Below, piece after piece: positions 32,365-43,950 of a stretch of 64,000 nucleotides of DNA. The notes beneath the pieces were generated by a model that worked only from the letters and a program-made list of their open reading frames with translations, was not told the origin of the DNA and ran no database searches. The position numbers and the translations under genes were made by a program. This DNA comes from an uncultured Verrucomicrobiae bacterium. Lineage in GTDB: Bacteria > Verrucomicrobiota > Verrucomicrobiia > Palsa-1439. Location: NCBI GenBank assembly GCA_963812605.1, contig CAWEWF010000001.1, positions 320,001 to 384,000 on the forward strand, read 5' to 3'. Each line of letters opens with the position of its first letter. Positions within the stretch are counted from its first letter, which is position 1.

Positions 32365-33607
32365 ATGACGTTAGCCCAAAGGCCAACAGCTTCGCGGTGG
32401 CCGCGGCTCGTTGAATTTCTCGGTTTGCGGCGCAGTCTGGTCGGACTGCTGAGCATGGTGGTGCTGGTGGGGATGGGCGAGCACATGGCCGAGCAGTTCC
32501 TGCCGCTCTACTTGCTTACACTTGGCGGCGGCTTCATTTCGGTCGGATTCCTCAACGGGATGGACAACCTGCTCGGCGCGCTCTATTCGTTTCCCGGCGG
32601 CTATCTCTCGGACCGATTGGGCACGAAGCGGGCCCTGCTCGTATTCAATATCGCGTCCATGGTCGGCTTTGTCATCGTGATCCTGGTCCCCACGTGGCCG
32701 GCGGTGCTGGGTGGCGCGGCCCTGTTTCTGTCATGGACGGCCATCTCCCTGCCCGCGACGATGAGCCTGGTGGCCCGGGTGTTGCCGAAGAACAAGCGGA
32801 CGATGGGCGTCTCATTGCACTCGCTCGTGAGGCGTTTTCCGATGGCGATCGGGCCGATTGTCGGCGGCGCGTTTATCAACGCCTGGGGAGTCGAACGGGG
32901 AGTGCGACTGGCTTTTATCGGGGCGCTGACGATGGCGGTGGTCGCGGTGGTGCTTGCAACAGACGTTGATTGAGGACGACTCGCCGGTTGATAAAAAGGA
33001 GGCCGAACACAACCCGGTGCGCATGTGGCGGTACGTGAACGCCGACCTGAAGCAATTGTTGGTCGCCGACATCCTCGTGCGATTTTGCGAACAAATCCCG
33101 TATGCGTTCGTCGTGGTGTGGGCCGTCGGCACCGCGAAGGCGCCCGGACCGGTCACGGCGCTGCAATTCGGCGTGCTGCGCGCCGTCGAGATGGCAACGG
33201 CAGTGGCCATCTATCTACCCGTCGCCTACTTTGCCGACCGCAGTCACAAGAAACCGTTTGTGGTGATGACATTCGTGTTTTTTACACTCTTTCCCCTGCT
33301 CCTGCTGTATTCCAAATCCTTCGAGACGCTGCTGGTGGCGTTTGTACTGCGGGGGCTGAAGGAATTCGGCGAGCCGACACGCAAGGCGCTGATCATGGAC
33401 CTTGCACCCGAGGACCGAAAGGCGGGCGTGTTCGGTCTCTACTATCTGATTCGCGATGTGATCGTGTCCATCGCCGCATTCGGCGGCGCATTTCTGTGGC
33501 AGGTAAATCCGCGCGTCAACCTGCTCGCGGCGTTTGCGTTTGGCGCACTGGGCACTATTTGGTTTGCCCTGCGCGGGCGCGATCTCGGACGATCCAATCT
33601 TGAGTGA
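32365..33607 (+). CDS. MFS transporter, frameshift near 32957
   Basis: GYLSDRLGTKR and ADRSHKKP motif-A-like loops; about 12 TMs over two frames. Confidence 0.88.
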
Positions 33608-33682
33608 TGCGCCCATGTAACACGGAAATGACGGTTCCGATTTTGCTTTTAGCGCGCCCACAATTGCGGGAATAATTTGTTT

Positions 33683-35489
33683 ATGGGATCAGCTTCCGGG
33701 TTAAATCGGCGCGTCGAGTTACCGGCCAGCCACGCGGTGAATTTTCGGCTGGGATGGATTTCGTTATTGGCGAGCGGCATCGGCATCGCCGCGGGATTGA
33801 TCGCCTACTTGTTGCTCAAACTGATCGGCTTGTTCACCAATCGTATTCTTCTTCCACCGAATTTCGGCGGAGTTCACCAGTCCGATGGCGCACCATCTTG
33901 GGGCGTGGGTGATCCTGTTGCCGGCGGCGGGCGGGATTGTGATTGGACTCATGGCCAAGTACGGCACATCCAAGATCAAAGGTCACGGCATTCCCGAGGC
34001 GATGGAGGCCGTACTGACGAGCCGCAGTCGGATCCACCCGAAGGTCGCCATTCTCAAACCGCTCTCGGTGGCGGTGGCCATTGGCACCGGAGGACCTTTT
34101 GGGGCGGAAGGCCCGATTATCCAGACCGGAGGAGCGGTCGGGTCGTTGGTGGGCCAGCTCTTTCATATGACCGCCGCCGAACGCAAAGTCTTGCTGGCTT
34201 GTGGCGCGGGAGCCGGGATGTCGGCGACATTTAACACGCCGATTGCGGGCGTGATCCTGGCGATTGAACTGCTCCTGTTCGAGTTTCGGTCGCGCTCTTT
34301 CATTCCGCTGGTGGTCGCGAGCACGCTGGCGACCGCCACGCGATTTGTGGTGATGGGACGGAGCGCTATGTTCGAGATCGGCAACGTGGATTTTGGTGTC
34401 CCTTCCAATTTGCTCTACTACCTCTTGCTCGGCGTGGTTTGCGGATTTGCGGCGGTGGGGTTCAGCCGGGCGTTGTATTGGGTCGAGGATCGATTCGAGC
34501 AATTGCCCATCGGTGAATTCTGGTGGCCCGCCATCGGCGGTCTCGCGCTGGGGATCATCGGGTTTTTCATGCCGCGCGTATTCGGCGTCGGCTACGACAC
34601 GATCTCGGGGATTTTGAACGACAAGTTTACGCTGGGCTTGCTGCTGGGCATCATGGTCTTCAAGGCGCTGGCGTTGCTCGTGTCGCTGGGTTCCGGGACC
34701 TCCGGTGGGTTGCTGGCGCCCATGTTCATGACCAGCGCGGCAATGGGCGCCGCCTTTGCCATGGGATTGAATTACTACATCCCCGGGGCGCATCTGGCTC
34801 CCGGCGCGTTTGCCCTTGTGGCCATGGGAGCGGTGTTCGGAGCGGCGGCGAATGCGACGTTTACCTTTATTATTTTTGCCTTCGAAATCACCCGCGACTA
34901 CAACTCGGTCTTGCCGCTGATGCTGGTCAGCGTTATTGCCAGCGGCATCGCCCGGCGATTCATGAAGCACTCGATCATGACGGAAAAGCTGGCGCGGCGC
35001 GGCCTGCATGTCCATCAGGATTATGAGGCCAACGTCTTTCAGCAGGTGCTGGTCGGCGAGGTGATGATCAAGGAACCGCCCACGGTTTCCTCCGAAATGA
35101 AGGTGGCGGAATTGGTCGACCGGATCGCGCGGAGCGACCCTCAATTCCATCGCCATCAAGCGGCTCTGGTTCTCGATAAAGCGGATCGGTTGGTGGGTAT
35201 TATCACGCGGGGCGACATGATCGAGTTGCTCAAGGAGAATCCAGCGGGTGACGTCACAGTCGGGGACGTTTGCAGCGCGAATCTGGTGGTGACCTATCCC
35301 GACGAGAACGTGTCGGATGCGATGACAAAGCTGCACACCAACGCGGTCGGTCGCCTGCCCGTGGTTCGCCGCGAGTCACCGCACGCATTGGTTGGCTATC
35401 TCGGTCGCGCCGAAGTGATGGCCGCGCGTACGCGTCGCCATGAAGAAGAGCACGTGCGCGAACCCGGTTGGCTCAGCCGCACCGCCTAG
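33683..35489 (+). CDS. ClC chloride channel/transporter with CBS pair, frameshift near 33845
   Basis: GHGIPE, GAEGP, GGLLAP; CBS motifs LVGIITRGD and GRLPVV. Confidence 0.92.
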
Positions 35490-35512
35490 CGGCAGTCATC
35501 TGGGGCGTGGGA

Positions 35513-36787
35513 TCATTCGAGGCCCGCAACTTCAGCGTCAAAGAGCGTTAGCTGTTTTCCGCTCTCCACCTCGATCTTCGAGTCCGTGAACCGAATTCCC
35601 CTGGCATGGTAGATCTTCAGGCCGGTCTTCGCTGAGATGGTTACGTTCGACAGCGTCACGTCGGTAACCGGTGCTTCCGGCAAACCCCGGATTGTTCCGG
35701 CGGTTGGGCAGTTTGTCGCGGTCACATTGCGGATGATGATATTCCTGTTGATGGGCGTACGGTCCGTGATCGGCTCGGCTTTTTCGGTCGCCGGATCCTG
35801 GGGCGCTTCCCGCTCTGGATACCAGTCGATGATATAGATGGGATTTTTCACCGCGGTCATCGTCAGGTTTTCATATGTGAGATTGCTGCAACAAACCACC
35901 GCGCTCGCGCGCCGTTTTGATGCGAATACCGGCGTCGGTCCCCTCAAAGGAACAATTGCTGACCCGCAGGTCCTCAATGCCCACCGGAAGTTCCCGAGCC
36001 AATCGACATTCCGTGACCATGCAAGAACTTGCAGTTCGTGATCGTGTAATTCTTGTTACCAGGAGTACGGCCGCTACCGGGTTTCACGGCAATATTGTCG
36101 TCCCCAGCGTCGATCGTGCAGTCAGTGATGAGATAATTCCATCCCGAAGGATCGATCCCGTCCGTGTTGTGAGCATGGCCTGGCGACTTGATGGTAATCC
36201 CCTGGATCGTCACCTCCATGCAATTTTGCGGCACCAAGTGAAACATCGGTGAATTGCTCAGGGTGACCCCCTGGACGAGCACGCGCGTGCAATTGGAAAG
36301 TTTGACCATATAGGGTCGGTGCGTCATGGAATGGTCCGCCTCGAACGCCGCCCACCAGGCTCTGCCCTGGCCGTCGATTGTTCCTGCCCCGCTGATTTCA
36401 ATGTCCTGCGCATCGGTGGCAGAAATGCAATCCTGATACCGCGCCTTGGCGATGGGGTAGTTCGTCATATCGTCGCTAATCAGGATCATCGCCCCGCTGG
36501 TCAGGTGTAAGTTGATGCGGCTGGCGAGCGTGAATGGACCGGTGAGAAATTTACCTTCCGGGATTAAAACGATTCCACCTCCCGCTTTGGAAGCCGCATC
36601 AATCGTCTTCTGGATGGCGATGGTATTCATCGTCTGGCCATCCCCGACTGCCCCATAGTCGGTCACGAGGAATGTATTCGTTGGAATTACCGGGAAGCGG
36701 CGGGTTTTGTGCGGAAGCGGTTGCCGCAAACGCGAAGCAGAAGGCCAGCGCGAGGGCAGAAGCGTGCGGATTGTTCATGGCAGTCAT
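35513..36787 (-). CDS. secreted glycoside hydrolase family 28, frameshifts near 36700 and 35980-35890
   Basis: Signal peptide, DYGAVGDG, HNTDGIDP, GDDNIAVK, GHGMSIGS, GIRIK. Confidence 0.9.
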
Positions 36788-37806
36788 TCCTTTTTCTCCG
36801 ACTCGTAAACGAGTCCAATCGATTTGCGCCAGCGGTCGAGCGCCTGCATGTTGCCCAGCGAATCATTCCAACTCATCGCGGGCGCCTGGCGTTGTTCAAC
36901 GTGCTCGGCGACGTGATCGGCTTCAATCGCATAGGCGGGCTGCGTTGATTCCACGATGATCTCCTGTTGCGGTTCGCCCTTGCGTTCGATAAACAGCCTG
37001 CTCGTCGTGCCATCGTTGATCTGCGTCCACGGTGCGGGCACGAAGATATTTCCATTCGAGCCGCAGATGCGCAGCGTATTGTGTTGCTGCACTTCGACGC
37101 TGGTGGCCAGGGCCGCGAGGATGTCGCCGGGGAATTTCAGCGAGGCGGTGGCCCACGTGTCGACGCCGGTCGACGCCAAATGTCCAACGCCTTTCACCTC
37201 AAGCGGGTCTGCGAACGGCTGGCCGGCAGCGATGCCCGCGACGAGACGTGACATGGACATCGGATAACAACCGACATCGAGGATGCTGCCGCCGCCGAGG
37301 GCGTTCTTGAACAGGCGGGCTTCGGGATTGAAATCCCTGTGAAAACCGAAAGACGCATGGATGACCCGCACCTCGCCGATGATTTTCTTGCGAAGAAGTT
37401 CGATGAGTTTTGCGGTCTGCGGATGGCAGCGGTACATGAACGCTTCCATGAGAAAGACATCATGCTTTCGCGCCGCGTCGACGACCGCCAGCGCTTCCGA
37501 GTGGTTCAGTGTCAACGGCTTTTCGCAGAGAATGTGTTTGCCGGCCTTGGCGGCCTTGAGGCACCACTCGGCGTGCAGGGAGTGCGGCGTGGAGATGTAG
37601 ACTGCCTGCACCTGGGAATCGGCGAGCAACGCGTCGTACGTGTTGTAGCCACTCGGTACGTGATACTCGGCGGCGAACTTGTCGGCACTTGCCTGCGAAC
37701 GGCTGCCAACGGCAGCAAGTTTACCGGTTTTGGATTGGGAAAGCTGCTTGGCGAAGATGCCGGCAATTCGACCGGTTCCCAGAATGCCCCACGAAAGCGA
37801 GTTCAT
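36784..37806 (-). CDS. Gfo/Idh/MocA oxidoreductase
   Basis: WGILGTGRIA, GKHILCEKP, MEAFMYRCHP, GGGSILDVGCY. Confidence 0.92.
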   Translation of the reverse strand: MNSLSWGILGTGRIAGIFAKQLSQSKTGKLAAVGSRSQASADKFAAEYHVPSGYNTYDALLADSQVQAVYISTPHSLHAEWCLKAAKAGKHILCEKPLTLNHSEALAVVDAARKHDVFLMEAFMYRCHPQTAKLIELLRKKIIGEVRVIHASFGFHRDFNPEARLFKNALGGGSILDVGCYPMSMSRLVAGIAAGQPFADPLEVKGVGHLASTGVDTWATASLKFPGDILAALATSVEVQQHNTLRICGSNGNIFVPAPWTQINDGTTSRLFIERKGEPQQEIIVESTQPAYAIEADHVAEHVEQRQAPAMSWNDSLGNMQALDRWRKSIGLVYESEKKE

Positions 37807-37874
37807 GACGGGAGAGTCCTAGGACGGTTTACGACGGTCGACAAGGAAAAAGTGGCGTGACTTGCCGCCGACCG

Positions 37875-38264
37875 TCAACTGCAAGTCTTCACGGTCGTGC
37901 GAAGGGCGCGCTCGATCGTATTGGCGAATTCCTGGAAATTGATCGGCTTGGTGTGGTAGGCAAAAGCCCCGAGACTCAGCGCTTTATCCGTCGTGCATTG
38001 TTCCGTGTGACCCGTGATGATGATGACCGGAACATCGGGAAACGCTTTTTTCGCCAGCGCCAAGAATTCCATGCCGTTGATGCCGGGCATGGCGAGGTCT
38101 GTGATGATCACGTCGAAACGGTTCCTGGTGCCGGCCACATAATCCATGGCCGCCTGGGAATTGGAAGCTCCAGCCACCACATAACCAAAGTGGTTCAGCA
38201 ACTTGGACAGCGACGCCAAAACCTCAATGTCGTCGTCCACGAGCAGGATCGTAGGGCTTGCCAT
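37875..38264 (-). CDS. single-domain response regulator
   Basis: LLVDDD, ITDLAMP, TKP. Confidence 0.9.
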   Translation of the reverse strand: MASPTILLVDDDIEVLASLSKLLNHFGYVVAGASNSQAAMDYVAGTRNRFDVIITDLAMPGINGMEFLALAKKAFPDVPVIIITGHTEQCTTDKALSLGAFAYHTKPINFQEFANTIERALRTTVKTCS

Positions 38265-38374
38265 GGCTACAGTAGATTCACATCAAAGATGAATTAATAG
38301 CACCAGCCGTGCCGGGAGGCAAACTCACAAGTGGATTGCCACAATCAGGTTACGGCGACGCATGCGACGCCAAT

Positions 38375-40549
38375 TTATTTCTCCGTCACTTCGTACCAAA
38401 GCGTCTTGTGTTCCGGACCGATGACAAGAACGGCGTGGCCACCTTCATCCGGCTCCAGGGAAAGTGGCTCCTTGTGTTCTCCGCGCTCGTCGAGCGCCCA
38501 GCCCTTTGCTTTTTTCGCGGACAATGGCATGGTGATACGGGCTGGGATTCCCTCGATCAACGACGGGGCCTTGCCCCAGTTGCGGCCAACGCTGGAATGC
38601 TCGGCGTTTTTCCACTGCATCGCGGTATTCTCGGCGGAGCCCGTTGCGGTCACCAACCAACAACCCGATTGCAACTCAGTGACGGTGATTGCGCACCATC
38701 CGTTCTGGCGCGTGGCGCCCGGCTCGATTACCGTGCCGTCGAGATCGAACCGTTTCCCTCCGCCGAAGCCGATGACCGCCTTGCTCTTGGCCGTGTTCAC
38801 CGTGATGACTCCGCAACCTTTCTCGCTTGCGTCCCACACGAGTTCGCCGGTGTCCGAGACAAAGCGGCTGGAGGTGAGCAAGTCTTTCCGGATCCCAGGC
38901 GAGGAAACCCTTCCGGTAACATCGATTGCGACGCGATGGACCAACGGTGTTTCCCGCGGCACGCCGAGTAGGCTGGCATCGATCAATCCCCAGGCGTGGG
39001 CACGCCGCAAGAGATCCGCGTCGCGTTCTCCATCAAGCGCAACGACAACCTGCTCCTGGGCGGGGCGCACATCGCCGCGCACGAACATCGCCATGGCGGG
39101 AACCAAGGTGGCCATCTTCGTCGGATGCTGGTCGATGTCAAAGAAGCTCGTGATGTGTTGCGTGTCCCAGTCATCATGGCGATGGGAATAGGCGAACGCG
39201 TAGATGGCATCCCAGTCCTGCAAAGCGGCGTACGCGGCGAGCAACAGGAAGCCTTCACTGCCATAGGTGTTCGGTGCGGGATGATTGTACTCCGTGACGC
39301 AGTGCGGTTTGCCAAGCACGCGATGCAGCGCCAGTGTGGGAAGCGTGCCGCCGCGTTCATTGACCATCGTGACATTCGGCACGAGCCAGTTTTCATCGTC
39401 CCACGATTTACCCGGAAACTGTGGATGTTGCCAGTAGGCATGCGTGTCCACCGCGTCGAACCTCGCCATCAGGTCGGGTGTGCTGCACCCGACGATGGTG
39501 CCCATCACCACAGCGTGGACACGCAGTTCATTCTTTAGAAAATCATCCATCGATTGCCAGTAATGATCTTCCGTTTCCGAAAGAAATCGCATCCAATCCC
39601 GCTGCGCCTCGGCGGTGCATTTGTCCCACTGCGCCTTCGTGAACATGGGCAGCGTTCCGTCCTCGATATGTTCCGCATCGGCCAACCCGGCCACGCTGTT
39701 GGGCAACTCGCTCTTTGCGCCCCACACGGCGCGAAGTTTTTCCGTGGAGCGGTAGCGGTCGCGCAGCCACTCGTTCCACTGGCGCCGCAAGTCGCGCGCA
39801 AAAACTTCCGGCAAACCGTCAAGTTGTCCACCCAGCCACGAGTGCGCCAACCCATTCTCATTGTTGATCTCGATGAAAGCGACGGCCGGGTCTTCGGTGT
39901 AGGCCAGGCCGGTCACGACGTTACGATGAGTCAAAAGCTTGCGCGCGTACTCTTTCTGGAGTTCGAGCAGCGGGGCGTAAAAGAAGCCGACACTGGCCCG
40001 TTCTTTCAACTCCAGTTTTTCGATCTCGATGGGCAGCCCGTCCGCGGCGTTGAAGGGACGCAACACGAGCAGGTTAAGGTTCGCGTAAATCCCGTGGCGC
40101 TTCAGCGCGGCGATGAAATAATCGAGACGGTCCAAGGCTTCCGGATCGAGTTGGCGTGTCGATTTGTCGTCGCGGGCACGAATGCCGCCGGGGAACGGCT
40201 GCATGTCCATGTGATGGAACCGCACGACATTGATGCCGAATTTCGCCAGGCGCGCGGCGATCTTCTCGGCGTCATCGTGCCTTGGGAAATTCGCGCCAAA
40301 GCAGAAGTTTACGCCAAAGAAACGGATCCGCTGACGGCCCGCGTACAGATGACCGTCTTTCTCCGCATGGATGAAGCCGCGCTTTCCGGCAGGCGCTTCG
40401 AGCCAGCCGCTCAAGTCTGTCAGACTCGGCGTGGCGTCGTTCCACGGCAGGACAAACGGGAACACGGAAGCATCTTCCTGCGCCTTGCCGCTCGGAGTTG
40501 AGATGGACCCAAGAAAGAACGCAACGCCAAGGAGCAGGATTCGTCTCAT
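38375..40549 (-). CDS. secreted GH-A clan (GH5-like) glycoside hydrolase
   Basis: Signal peptide MRRILLLG, RFFGVN, VRFHHMD, EINNEN (acid/base), HAYWQHP, VTEYNH (nucleophile). Confidence 0.75.
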   Translation of the reverse strand: MRRILLLGVAFFLGSISTPSGKAQEDASVFPFVLPWNDATPSLTDLSGWLEAPAGKRGFIHAEKDGHLYAGRQRIRFFGVNFCFGANFPRHDDAEKIAARLAKFGINVVRFHHMDMQPFPGGIRARDDKSTRQLDPEALDRLDYFIAALKRHGIYANLNLLVLRPFNAADGLPIEIEKLELKERASVGFFYAPLLELQKEYARKLLTHRNVVTGLAYTEDPAVAFIEINNENGLAHSWLGGQLDGLPEVFARDLRRQWNEWLRDRYRSTEKLRAVWGAKSELPNSVAGLADAEHIEDGTLPMFTKAQWDKCTAEAQRDWMRFLSETEDHYWQSMDDFLKNELRVHAVVMGTIVGCSTPDLMARFDAVDTHAYWQHPQFPGKSWDDENWLVPNVTMVNERGGTLPTLALHRVLGKPHCVTEYNHPAPNTYGSEGFLLLAAYAALQDWDAIYAFAYSHRHDDWDTQHITSFFDIDQHPTKMATLVPAMAMFVRGDVRPAQEQVVVALDGERDADLLRRAHAWGLIDASLLGVPRETPLVHRVAIDVTGRVSSPGIRKDLLTSSRFVSDTGELVWDASEKGCGVITVNTAKSKAVIGFGGGKRFDLDGTVIEPGATRQNGWCAITVTELQSGCWLVTATGSAENTAMQWKNAEHSSVGRNWGKAPSLIEGIPARITMPLSAKKAKGWALDERGEHKEPLSLEPDEGGHAVLVIGPEHKTLWYEVTEK

Positions 40550-40559
40550 CGCGCTGTGT

Positions 40560-41933
40560 TCAACGTTCCACAAGAAATGCCAAATCGTCCTGCCGGTTTC
40601 CGGCTCCGTCACCCTTTTCACCGATGCTGTATACGACGTACCCGGGCGCGAGTTTCTTGTAGCGCAGCGGTTGGCCGTCGAACGGATCGGTCGGCACCCC
40701 GCTGCTGCCGAACGGCGTAAGTTCCGCGACGGTCTGGGGCAGTTGATGATCATGGGAAACGCGGAAGCGCTCGATGGCGATGGCGATCCGCGCGGACCGG
40801 AGGCGGGCGGTGACGGCCGCGTCTTTCAAGATGACGCGGGAGCCATTCATGCCGCGCAACCATCCGCGGGAGAATGCGTGCAACCCATCCTGTTGTTCGA
40901 GAGACTGACGCAACACCTGCGCGGCGGCGATTCTCTCCGGAAAGTCTGTCTGGGCGGTTTGAATATAACGATCCATCGACTGTAAATAATTCAATTCGTC
41001 CCACTGGAGAAATCCGCAGGAGTCGTACAAATATTGGGGCGAACTGAAAAAAATGGCTACATTTAGAAAAAGTCTTTGACTGAGTGGGCGCGACCGGCCA
41101 GCCGGAAGAGCGATCAGGTCCGTGGTATCCCGCATCATATTAAAACCCTGGATGCCAATGCACCGTTGGCCGATGAACGCGCGGGCCAGCCCACGTTGGT
41201 CGTCGGCTTTCTCCAGAGCGACGGCAAGGGCGGCCAACTGCTCGTCCGTCAGGCGGGTCTTATTCAGGATGTGCTGGAGACTGCTGACCGCGATTTTTTG
41301 GGTCTCGATCCGCGCCAGATGGGAACGCACCAGCGGTTCTTTCGCGAGCGACCGCGACAAGGCGAACGATGACTCGACGGAGAGGATCGCCAACTCCGGG
41401 CTGGTGTCCTCGGCGTGATTGGCGGCATCGGTCTGCAACAGGTAGGCGCTGCGAACGGCATTCGCCAGATGCGGATAGGGCATGATCGAAAGTTTGCCCA
41501 AATTGATCGGGAACCGGCTTCGCGGAATGTTGGAAGCCTGATGCAACAAGGCCAGCGCCTCAATGTTCCCGCTAAGGTAACCCGCCATCGTTTGTTTGCC
41601 CGGGTCTGCTGATGACCCGTCCGCCGGTGGAAGATCGATGGATTTGTCATCCAACAAGAGGGATGGATTGAATTGGCCGGACAGACTTGCGAACGCCTTG
41701 CCGAAAACCAGCGCACTATTCTCTTCCACCGGAACCCGCGGGTACCACCGATCCAGCTCCGCCAGTGTGACGGGGTAATTGCGCTCGTGGATGGCGGCCA
41801 TTTCGGAGGCAAGAAGACGATTGAGAATCAATCGCCAGGCGATGAACAAGACAGAGAAAGCCAGTGCGACAAGAGAGAGGCGCCGCCGCCAGTACTTCCA
41901 CCGCGAACCAGGTAACCGAATGCCTGCGCTCAC
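40560..41933 (-). CDS. membrane-anchored hypothetical protein with C-terminal DPFDGQPLRY...YSIG motif (paralog 1)
   Basis: One N-terminal TM; similar to 47260-48591 at both ends. Confidence 0.8.
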   Translation of the reverse strand: MSAGIRLPGSRWKYWRRRLSLVALAFSVLFIAWRLILNRLLASEMAAIHERNYPVTLAELDRWYPRVPVEENSALVFGKAFASLSGQFNPSLLLDDKSIDLPPADGSSADPGKQTMAGYLSGNIEALALLHQASNIPRSRFPINLGKLSIMPYPHLANAVRSAYLLQTDAANHAEDTSPELAILSVESSFALSRSLAKEPLVRSHLARIETQKIAVSSLQHILNKTRLTDEQLAALAVALEKADDQRGLARAFIGQRCIGIQGFNMMRDTTDLIALPAGRSRPLSQRLFLNVAIFFSSPQYLYDSCGFLQWDELNYLQSMDRYIQTAQTDFPERIAAAQVLRQSLEQQDGLHAFSRGWLRGMNGSRVILKDAAVTARLRSARIAIAIERFRVSHDHQLPQTVAELTPFGSSGVPTDPFDGQPLRYKKLAPGYVVYSIGEKGDGAGNRQDDLAFLVER

Positions 41934-41952
41934 ATGTGGATTCTAGCATCAA

Positions 41953-42345
41953 TTAGAGCCAAACGAAAGCCTCATCATCGGGGATTGGAGCGGGAGGGTT
42001 GCGATCGGACTCGGTGGCACTCGTCATTGATGCCACGGTCGACGCAACAACGGCATCCACAGCCCCATCAAATTTAGTCGGTGGATTCTTCGGTTTGGGG
42101 GGCCGGGTTGGCGATACGGATGGGACCGGGCTGGCGCCCAGCACTTGTACCGCTGGGCCTTGTTCAAATCCGAGCTCATGCGCCAGGATGCCGAGCAACC
42201 GGCGGGTCGGCCCGCTGGGATTACGGCGCTGGTGTTCGAGGTATTTCACCTGTTTGATCGAGACACCAAGCCACAGAGCAAATTGGGCCTGGGTCATGCT
42301 GGCATGCTTGCGCAAAGCCAGAATACGGCTTGCTCCCCATTCCAT
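41953..42345 (-). CDS. XRE/Cro-type HTH protein
   Basis: ILALRKHASMTQAQFALWLGVSIKQVKYLEHQRRNPSGP plus a low-complexity tail. Confidence 0.78.
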   Translation of the reverse strand: MEWGASRILALRKHASMTQAQFALWLGVSIKQVKYLEHQRRNPSGPTRRLLGILAHELGFEQGPAVQVLGASPVPSVSPTRPPKPKNPPTKFDGAVDAVVASTVASMTSATESDRNPPAPIPDDEAFVWL

Positions 42346-42447
42346 CGTTCTGCATGAGGGAACTGCGTTCCCCCACCTCCTTGTGACATATGGGTAACAA
42401 AGTTCGTTCTCTGATGCAACCCTGAAATGCAGTCGGGTGACTATTTT

Positions 42448-43944
42448 TTAAGCGCTGATCCCGGCCATCAAACGGAGCAGGGTTTCCTGGCTGGCCTGCG
42501 CGCGCGAAACCTCGCCAACCAAACGTCCATTGCGCAAGACCAAAATGCGCGTGGAGAGGTTGATCACCTCGGGAAGCTCGCTGGAAATCAGGAGCACGCC
42601 GTTGCCTTTATTCGCAAGTTCATCGATGAGACCGTGGATTTCTGCCTTGGCGCCCACGTCCACGCCGCGTGTGGGTTCGTCGACGATCAACACGTGACAA
42701 TCCGCCGCCAGCCATTTCCCGAGGACGACTTTTTGCTGGTTGCCACCCGATAATCCCGCGACCACTGATTCGGTGCTGGGAGCCCTCACATGAAGGAGGT
42801 CGAAGTATTTTTGGGCGATCCGCCGTTCCGCCCCGAAGCGCACCCAGCCCAGGCCCGCGAACCTCTCCAGGGTGGGCAGAGTTGTATTTTCCCGCGCGTT
42901 CATCATCATCACCAAGCCGTGCCGTTTGCGGTCTTCGGGAACCATTCCAATATGATGGCGCATGGCAACCGACGGCTGGCGCAACGGCATCGGCTTGCCG
43001 CGCACGCGGACATGACCGGTCGCCAACCGGTCGAGTCCAAACAACGCCTCGGCAATCTCCGTGCGTCCGGCTCCCACCAATCCGGCGAAACCAAGCACCT
43101 CGCCGGCGCGCAATTGGAAAGAGATATTCTCGAACTTGCCGGGGCTGGAGAGATCCTCCACGCGCAGCAACTCTTCGCCAGGCTCAGCCTGAAGATGGCG
43201 GGAGAAATATGCCTCCAGCGTGCGACCGATCATCATCTGTACCAAGCTGTTACGGTCGAGTTCCGCTGCGGATTTTGTCGCCACGTGCTGGCCGTCGCGC
43301 AATACGGTGATCGTATCGCAGAGATGATAGATCTCCTCCAGTCGATGCGATACGTAAATCGCGGTCACGCCTTGCGCCTGCAACCGCTTGATCAATTGGA
43401 AGAGATGGTCGCTCTCGATCTGTGACAGGCTGCTCGTTGGTTCGTCGAAGATCAGGATGCGCGCGCCATGCGAGACCGCTGCGGCGATCTGGACCAGTTG
43501 CTGTTGGCTGACCGGCAACGCGCCCACAAGTTTTGTCGGATCGATCTTCGCCTGGATGGCGGTCAGGTATTCCCTGGCTCGGCGCAACATTTCACGGCGG
43601 GAAACGAATGTCGCTCGCGCGGGCAGATGGCCCAGGCAGAGGTTTTCCGCGACGGTAAGGTTTTCACAGAAAGCCAGTTCCTGATGCACGATGCCGATGC
43701 CGGCGGCCATCGCATCGCTGGGACTTCCGAACCGCGCCGTCTTGCCGTCGACGAGCAATTCGCCTTCATCGGGCCTGTAGATACCCGCCAGGATTTTGCC
43801 CAGCGTGCTTTTGCCGGCGCCATTCTCGCCGCAGAGCGCGTGGCACGAGCCCGGCGCAACGTCGAAGCCCACGTTCCGCAACGCCTGTACGCCGGGAAAG
43901 CGCTTGCCGATCCCGCGAAATTGAATGATCGGATTCTCAGCCAT
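42448..43944 (-). CDS. sugar ABC transporter ATP-binding protein (RbsA-like)
   Basis: GENGAGKST, FDEPT, LSGGNQQK, DEPTRGVDVGAK. Confidence 0.96.
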   Translation of the reverse strand: MAENPIIQFRGIGKRFPGVQALRNVGFDVAPGSCHALCGENGAGKSTLGKILAGIYRPDEGELLVDGKTARFGSPSDAMAAGIGIVHQELAFCENLTVAENLCLGHLPARATFVSRREMLRRAREYLTAIQAKIDPTKLVGALPVSQQQLVQIAAAVSHGARILIFDEPTSSLSQIESDHLFQLIKRLQAQGVTAIYVSHRLEEIYHLCDTITVLRDGQHVATKSAAELDRNSLVQMMIGRTLEAYFSRHLQAEPGEELLRVEDLSSPGKFENISFQLRAGEVLGFAGLVGAGRTEIAEALFGLDRLATGHVRVRGKPMPLRQPSVAMRHHIGMVPEDRKRHGLVMMMNARENTTLPTLERFAGLGWVRFGAERRIAQKYFDLLHVRAPSTESVVAGLSGGNQQKVVLGKWLAADCHVLIVDEPTRGVDVGAKAEIHGLIDELANKGNGVLLISSELPEVINLSTRILVLRNGRLVGEVSRAQASQETLLRLMAGISA

Positions 43945-43950
43945 CAGGTG

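Noticed and set aside
33978-34115. ClC selectivity variant GHGIP as a novel specificity
   Set aside because: The gating glutamate (GAEGP) is present and GHGIP is, from recall, common in CBS-bearing bacterial ClCs; specificity cannot be inferred from sequence alone.
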